IMG/VR virus record: IMGVR_UViG_3300033183_000158
Span: 1-63,577 of that record
Direction: 5' to 3' (one strand)
Length of the DNA stretch: 63,577 nucleotides
Origin: a virus
Lineage: Duplodnaviria > Caudoviricetes
Shown here: positions 1 through 9,000 of the stretch, piece by piece
Layout of the letters: the number at the start of each line of letters is the position of its first letter
Position numbering within the stretch: the first letter of the stretch is position 1
The notes under the pieces: generated by a model
Database searches by the model: none
Seen by the model: only the letters and a program-made list of their open reading frames with translations
What the model was told of the DNA's origin: nothing
Program-made: the position numbers and the translations under genes

Positions 1-3000
1 GAGAGTGTACCAGGCACTCCATTTGCAGTAAAGCGTCCTGTTACAGAAACAGTAGAAGCTGCAAGTACTGCAAATCTTTCTGAAGAAGATCTTCTAGCTT
101 ATGAAGAACAGGTTAAACATATTAAGAAAGAGATAGGTCGTAAGCGTGGAGCGCTAAAACGTGCTAAGCGTCCTGAGACTATTGAAAGGCTTAATAATGA
201 AATTGCTGCTTTAGAGTCTAAACTAGAAACAGTTCTTACACAAGGCAAAGCTCAGCCTACTATTGCTGATCCTGAGCTAAATGTTGATGCTACTCCAGAA
301 GAACAGGTAGAGCAGGAGGCTGAAAACAATGCAAATGATACTGTTGAACCTATAGAGCTAGCTCAAAAGGTAGAAAACCTAGAGCTAGATATGTATTCGT
401 TTGGGGTTACTCTAAATAGCAAACTTGTACTAGAAGACGGTAAAGTTGTAGGAGTTAAAGAACCTTTAACGGCAGAGGAAACTAAAGTCCTCGAAGCTAT
501 GTATGGTTTAGAAGTAGGTGATGACTTATTTATCCGTCCTACCTCTGAAGCATATAACGGCTATGGTGTCTTTACAAAAGACGGTGTAATGATTGGGGAA
601 ATGTATACTCCTGCAATTGCACGTAGAAGATACAATGCCGCGCTTAAAAAATTAAATGAGGCTACTAATCCTGAGCAACGTGCAAAGCTAGAACTAGATC
701 TTCTTAAAGAAGATGCAAGAGTTGAACGTGCAGAAGCTATGCAGTCTTTATTTGATCAAGGAATCACTGAGATTACTACAGTTGTAAAAGCTTCTACTGC
801 AGGAGCAGTATTGTTTGGTAATAAAGAAAGACCTTTATCTGAAGCGCTCTCTAAAGAATCTTTTGCTAAACATGGTATTGCTTATGGAGAAACTACATCA
901 GGAGCTGCTAAGAGTGCTGTAAGTGGTGTATCTGTAGAGCAGTCTGATATAGTTAAGGGTCAGCTTTATGTTTTTGTAGAAGGTGTTACGGGGCTAATTG
1001 CTGTTCCAGTAGATTCCCCTACTGTAAAAGAAGCAGGTCTTCTTGATCAGTTAGAAGCAGATTTAATTGCATTAGCTGCACATGTAACAAGTACTGACGG
1101 TGCTCAGTTATCTGGTACTCCTGAATATGATGCAATCATTGCACGCATTGCTGACTACTTGCCTGTTACAGGTAGTAAAGGTATTCGTGTCGTTCGCCAA
1201 ACAAATAGAGGCAAAACGTTTGTAAACCTAAAGCTTCCTATCCAGGGAGCTGAAATGGAGATTGTTCTTATAGATGCAAATGGTAATTCTAACTTTACTC
1301 CAGGAGAAGAAAACCATTTTAAAGAACAAGCGATTAAAATTCAGGAAGAGGGTCGTACGTTTACAATTCCTTTTACGCAAGTAATGAACTTGTTGGGAGA
1401 TAAGCTTACTGATGTTAATACACAAAAATTAAAAAACTCTGATCCTGAAACACGTGCTAAATACTTAGCTCAGATTGGTCAAAGGATGACTACAAACCTA
1501 GAGTCTTTTACAGATGCTAATGGTAAAAAATACCATGTATCTCCTAAGACAGTCGGTAATCAATACGGGGCTTCTATTCAACATGATGCTGTATCGCATA
1601 ACCTAAAACCTACACTTCAACAAAAAGCAGAGCGTGTAAACGCGGTTGCTCCTGATGAAGTAAGAGAAAAGGTAAAACGTAATAAGCCTAAAGAGCGTAG
1701 AGTTAAGAGAGGTAAAAAGACTTCTAAAAATAAAACAGGTCGCGATGCTATGGACGATGCTTTAGGGCTTAGTCTAAAAGTAGATGGCGACAATATTAAT
1801 GATGGTAAGACTGAGGATCTTGATGCTGCTGAAGCTTGGTGGCGTAAGGCTTTCCCTAATGTGCCGTTTATTCGTGTAGAAGGTCTTATCAATAACGGTG
1901 GTGAGCTCGCATACGGTTTGTTTGCAAACGCTTCTGTAACACTTTCTAATCTTGCGTTGCCTGGTACTGTGTACCACGAAGGTTTCCACACTGCAATGCA
2001 CCTGTACTTGACAGAAGAAGAGCGCTCTAAGATTTATTCTGAAGCACGTGCAGAACTTTCTAAGCTTTCTCCGGAAGAGTTTAAAGAAGCAATGCGTGTT
2101 GCTCGAGTGTCTGGCGTATCTAATGTGTCGGAGCTTACAGATCTGCAAGTAGAAGAGTACGTAGCTGAAAAGTTCCGTGCCTTTATGATCGTAGGCGAGA
2201 GCGAATACACACCTAAAACTCGTATTGGTCGTTGGTTTAAAAAGCTTAAGGACTTAATCAAGATGTTCTTGAGCAACCGTAAGCACACTGATCGACTATT
2301 CCAAAATATTAAAGCAGGTAAGTTTAACTACAAGCCTACGCCGCAGATGATTGCTCATGCAAATACAATGTCTGCTAATCTTAAGGCGTTACCTGAGATG
2401 ACTACTCGTGAGATCAACGAGAGTGTAAACATTATTACTCGTCTTGTTCCTGGCGCTATTCAGGATATTCAAGACAACGCTGAAGAATATGGTATTAAAC
2501 CAGGCGACAATATTTCTGAGTGGGTTGGTGCTGTATTGTATGACTACCTACAAGAGAATCTTGTTGATCGTGGTATTGGAAACATTGAAAACATTGTAAA
2601 GGTTCTCAATAACTTTGACGATACAGATCTATCTCCAGGTATTCTAAGCCGCGTAATGCATGCATTCAAATTGCGTTACGGTGTAGACTTAGCAAACGCT
2701 ACACTAAATGACTTGAACCGTAAGAATGTAGAACAGATTGACGCTCTTGAGTCAGATCAAGAGATTGATAATGCTGATGCAATGGACGGTAGAATTGAAC
2801 GTAACTGGGATGACTCTTTCTTATTCCATAATCCTAAAGACTCTGTGTCACAGGATGTACGTAATACTATTCAGAGTCTTCCAAAGATTGATAGATTTGA
2901 AGGAGATAAGTTGTATGCATCTAAAGATAACTTCTTTGGCATTCGTCAGTTTGTAGAGTTTGATGCTGTCTATCCATACTTAGAGGCAAACCTAGCAGGT

Positions 3001-6000
3001 ATTGCATCTGTACAAGAAATGATGGACCGTATTTACGAATTTGCAAACAGTGCAGATCCAACATTCATGGCTTTATACAAGAAGCTAACAATTGGAGATG
3101 GTGCTGCAAACCTTCGTAGTGCATTCTACACACACTTTGCAAAACAACGCCCTACAGTTTTGATGGCTGTGTTTGAAGACGGTGTTATTAAAATGATTCC
3201 TGTTAACAGAAACAACAGCGAGTTTTTGATTAGAGATAAGTTTATTAGTCAAGCTTCTGCACACAGATCTGAGAACAACCTTAACCCTGGTCAGCAAAAA
3301 GCTAAGATTGTAGAGCTACGTAAGCCTTTGCGTAAAGCAGAAAACTTAACTAATGAGGAGTTTGCTAAGCGTTACTCTCAAGTATTAGGTTCTATGGGCA
3401 TGTCGTTAGTAGAAGGCGGCGTAGACGTTGTAGAAAAAGCAATTGCTCGCGAGCTAAATAAAGGCACCCTTGACAAACAAGAGTTAAAGACTAAGCTTGG
3501 ATACATTATAGAAGCATATGTAGCAGATAACATTGAGAATGAGCGTAAGAACTTAACAGACTTTGGTCGTTCTATTCGTTACTACAAGTCAGAAGCCATT
3601 CAAAATGTAATGCAAAACGTAGAAGGTAAGAACCTCTACGGGGTTACACAGTCTAATCACATTGCTCGTGTGTTAGACATGCTTAAAGATCCTGCAAAAG
3701 AAGCACAGGCAAGACAAATTCTTGCAGAGATGCTTAAAGATCCTCGAGTACGTCACAGTAACTACATGAGACTTATTGTTAAGTACGGTGTAGTTAATGA
3801 TAAAAACGAATTAGTTGAAGCTCAGGCGTCTGTAGAACCTTTAATGGAAAATGGGTTACCTATTATTAATAGAGAAGGTTTAGAAAAAATAAACTATTCT
3901 CTTCTTGATGGTCTTAAGACAGATAAAGATGGGGTTCGCTACGGCGACATGAATGAGGTAGAGTTTGTTGCTCTTAGTGTAGCAGGATACTTACGTGGTG
4001 GTCAAGATCTTAAAGATGCAGGAGAGCGCAGCGATGTGATTACTACACCAGCTCTTACACCATCAGATAAAGGAACTCTTTATCTAATGAATACACCTAG
4101 ATGGGATCGCCAAGATGTTCGTAGAAATTTCCACGACGGTTCTGGTGCAGAGCTATCTACGGTATTAATATCTAGAGCCCTGCACGGTGAGCTTCAGGCA
4201 ATGCGTCAGGAAGGTCGTCGTCTATTTGGGGATAACATTGATGGTCCTCTTACTGAAGACATGCTAATTCCTGGACAGGCGCTGCAAACTTACTATGATA
4301 CAGACGGTAATGGTAATGTAGTTGTAGACGGTAAAGTTGTTGGTAATGGCTTTAAGTCTTCTTTGCTATCAGGCATTGACATGGCTGCTCTTACTGAAGA
4401 AGAGCGCAAAACTATTCAGACTTTGATCCAGCCTAATGGCATTCCTATGGGAGGCTTTGGATCTTTAGTTCCTGCCGTAGCGCGTATTATTAAAAAATAC
4501 ACTGTACAACAAGAAGCTGATCGCATTGAAAAGCTTATTCTACAAGCGGCAGAAAAGTCTCCAGAGTTTAAAATGCAAGTCAATGCGCAGCCAGGTAAAA
4601 GCTTGGAAGATCGTGCACGTCGTATTGCTTTAGGAGATAAGAACAATATTGGAATGGCTTTGCACAACATGTTGCATAACTATGAAATGCAAACCCTGTT
4701 CTACGGTACAGAAGGAGAATACAAAAATGATGTAGACCACGGTAAACGTGCTGCGTCTCCGTGGACTCCAGGTATTGCATTAGATACTACTCAGTTCTCA
4801 AGCCCTACATATAGAGTGGCAACAATGTCTGACATCAAAGTAACTTCTGCGTCGTACCAAGCAATGGAAGATCAGCTTACTGCAGACATTCTAGATGCTA
4901 AGCACAAAGGTAAAGCTGAGAAAACTGCTAAAGGAGCTGCTACAAAAGCGGGTAAAGAAGCACGTAAAGAAGCACGTGAATTGCTAAAAGGGTACAGAAA
5001 CATTGAAAGTACTGATGCCCAAGGGTACATGACCATTGATAGATTCCAAGAGATTATGAGAGCTCGTGGATTAGGATCTAAGTATGACCCGTTAATAGAG
5101 AAAGTTAAAGCAGGTAAAAAACTTACGCCGCGTGAGCTTAAGTATTTCTTAGACCCTGTAAAACCTTTCTACTATAGCCGTTCTTATGATCCTCGTTTAG
5201 GGCGTATGAGCTCTAATCTTATCAAGCTTTCTTCTTTGCCTTTAATTCCTCAACTAACAAGAGGTACAGAGCTAGATAAGCTGCGTCTCTGGATGGAGAA
5301 TAAAGATTCTGGTGTAAAAGCAGGACCTAACAGAGTTGATGAAGTTGTATACCAAACTGCTCACAAGGTAGGTAGTTACGAAGTGTCTACTCCTCACTCT
5401 GTAGACGCTGATGGTAATGTTACATTTGATCCTAAGTCAATGCTTGAGGCAGGTATTAGAGAGTTGCCTCACGAAGGATATACTATCCAGCTTGACAATC
5501 CTGAGCACTTAGTAGATGCTAAAGCTAAGGTAGGTTCACAGTTAGCAAAACTTATTATTGAAGGGCTAGATCCTTCAGCAACATACGGTACGTTTGGTAG
5601 CGCTGATTCATTAATCAATAACTACCAGTCTACTATTGCAGAGCTTGTTCAAATTGCACATGATAAACTTATTGAAGATATAGGTGCAGTTGTAAATGAA
5701 GACGGCTCGATGGAGTTTACTGAGAAGAGTCTTGAAAAACTTGGAAGCATTATTCAGGATGAGCTTGGTCGTAGAAACGCCACAGAAGTTCTTAAGCAAG
5801 GATTGCAGGTTACTCCTGATGGTAAGAGATTTGTTGTACCAGCATTCTTCTCGGGTGCTGCTAGTAAGGTAGAATCTCTAATGCTTTCTCTCTACACTCA
5901 GCGTGTAGTAAACATTAAAGTTCCTGGTGGTACAGCAGTACAGGCATCTAGTTCTTTGATGGTAGGTAAAGATCGCCCAAGACTATCTGCGAAGCTTAAA

Positions 6001-9000
6001 CCTGATGGTGGTATCGACTACTACGAGGTAATGCTTCCTGCATATATGAAAGAGCAGATGACGGACAGTAAAGGTAGAGTGCTACCGATTGACCAGATTC
6101 CAGAAGAAGCTCTTGAGATTATTGGTTACCGTATTCCTACAGAGGGTAAAAACTCTATGGCTCCTATGAAAGTTGTAGGATTCCTTCCTCCAGAGTACGG
6201 AGGGACTATTGCTGTGCCTGATGAGTTTATTGTGCAAATGGGATCTGACTTTGATATTGATAAGTTATTCTTGCAGATGCGCAACATTCCAAAGAAAGAT
6301 GCAGGCAACCAGCCTATGGAATTAACTCGTGAGCAAGAGTTGCAAAACAATCTCTTTGACATGATTCATACAGTCTTAAGACATCCTTCTCACTTTAGAG
6401 ATGTGATAAGCCCTCAAGGGTTTGAAGGTCTTAAAGAGACTGCTAGCAAAATTGCTCAGCTACGCGGTAAGAGTGAAAACGCTAGACTTAATACTCTATT
6501 GTTCTCTACTCAAAATGAATTCCGCAACCGTAACGCCATTGGTAGTAGCATGATTGGTATTGCTGCTAACTTTAATGTCTTTATGGCTGTTGCTCAGAAC
6601 ACTGATATGGTGTTAGCAGATGGTATTATGATTGAGCATGTTGTTACTCCAGAGCTAAAAGCTGCTTATCCAAACCAGGTAAGTGCTAATGCTAAGGTTG
6701 GTAGCACTGTAAGAATTCGCCATACTAATATTGGTAAGAATGACGCAGGGACTTATGTCAATGCAGAAGGCAAGCTAATCTCTGCAGAGATGAAGCAGTT
6801 CATTGCGGCTACCGTAGATAATGCTAAAGATCCAATCTTTGATAAGTTTAACGGAAAGGCATACACCTTACCTACAATTCTTACTATGGTTTCTGTGGGT
6901 GTACCTACAGAGACTGCGCTTATGTTCGCAGCACAGCCTATTATTATAGAAGCTGCTACTGCATACGATAATAATCGTTCTGTATTTGGTACAGGATCTA
7001 CTACAGAATTTAATGAGGTTAAAGGAAACTACATCAGAGAAATTCTGAAACTAATTCCAAGCCAGCGCAATCTAAAACCTGAAGAAAAAATTGCAGATTG
7101 GAACACAATCCCAGATGTAATTGCTAAGCTACAGCAGCAAGGAGAAATTACTTCTGAGCCTAATACAAGTAACAAGTTGTTGCGTAGAGGGATTGAAGTA
7201 GATCCTGCAAGCTTAGAAGGAGAGCAAAAGCTTAACTACTTGGTGCAACAGTTACATGTATTGCAAGAGTTCTCAGAAACTCGTAAGAGTGCTATGGCAG
7301 CACAAGATAGTGTTAAGTTGTACAAAACTGATGTTACAAGTGCTGGACCTTCTACAAGTAGATCTCATGAGTTAGATTACATTATGAGGTCTATGGATGC
7401 AGATCCTAAGATTTACATTGATAATGTTCCTGCGCATGTTGCTATCTACCCTGAACGAGCTCGTCGTCTTGAAAGTGAAGGTACGCTGCAAGGACAGTAC
7501 ACTGCTACGGGAGAAAAAATATTTGATGTACCAGAGCAAAGTGCTTACCCGATCCTAGAGTCTTACTATGAAAATGTATCAGTACGCTCTAGAGAAATGC
7601 TTAAGCACTTCTTTATCTCTGAAACTACAGGTGTACTTGCATTTACAGACAAGGCAATGCAGGTATTTAATAACGGACGCTGGGATGAGAAGGTTGCAAA
7701 CAAAGTAAAACGTTTGGTAAACCAACAAGCTCTTTCTAAAGTTCCTGCACTACAAGATCTAGATGCTTCTATTATGTTGGGTATAAACCGTATCCCAGCA
7801 AATGGTCAGGCATGGACTGAAAAAGAGATAATGAATGGTGAAGCTCCTGTTGCTGTTGTTTTACGATACGCACAACAGAAATACCCAGACCTGGCAAATA
7901 ATCCTTACCACATTTTAAATAAGCTAAAGCCTGAGTTTAACAAGAAGACTGTAGAGTCTAACTTAGGTATGCGTCTTATCAGTTTTGAAAACATCTCAGA
8001 TTCTGTAATTGATGAAGCACTTACGGAATCGTTAGAAGAAATGTTGTTTGGTAATGATCCTTTGTTGAAGCTACTTGCTGAGCAGTTAGTTAAGTATAAC
8101 TTCTTGACCAAGGGTATGGCATTCCAAAGAGATTCTTTCGCTAAGTTGTTAAGCCCTGATATCCTGGAAAGCATGAACATTCCAGATCAGTTGTACATTG
8201 AAATGAACAATTTACAGGGGTCTATGCCGCAACTAACGTTAGATCAATATGCTAGTGTTAACTACCGAGACTTTGCTAAACCTTTTGCACTTAATAAAGA
8301 TGAGTGGCAAGATGGTAAAGACGCGGGTGCTGATGGTGGGTTTGTTGTAAGTGCTTCAAAATCTCGTAGGTTAGGACCTTATGTACTAAGAACGGGTAAT
8401 GGTAGTCTTATGAACCCTGAGTACTACGATGCAGACTCTAGCGCTATTTTATACAAGCGTGTTACTGATGGTAGTGTAGAAGTTGATGAAGGATCAGTTG
8501 CTTATGTTCCAATTCAAAAACGTGGTATTCGTGGTAAGCTTGTAGAGCTTGATGGTTCTTCTGCAATACATCCTACTGTAGGTAAAAGCTTATCTAAGAT
8601 CTCGTTTGGTGAGACTGAGGCTACTGCTACTACAGAAGAAAAAGTAGACATGTTGCAGGCAAACTTTGCTGCAGCTGGTATCCAGGTAGTTGTTCGCACC
8701 GATGAAACAATGTCTGAAAACGCAAGTGTTAAAACTGAAGGAGGAAAATCTCTGATAACCCTTAATCCAAATCAAGTATTTGGTGATACCGTTATTCACG
8801 AGTTTGGTCACATCTATGTAGATCTTCTTGGTGTAGATAATCCATTGGTTGCTCAAGGTATCGCACAGTTAAAAGGCACACAACTTTGGAAAGATGTTGC
8901 AGCTCGTTATCCAGAACTGTCTGGAGACGCACTTGCAAAAGAAGTTCTTGTTACTGCTATAGGTAGAGAGGGATCTAAACTGTTTAACGAACAGCGTAGT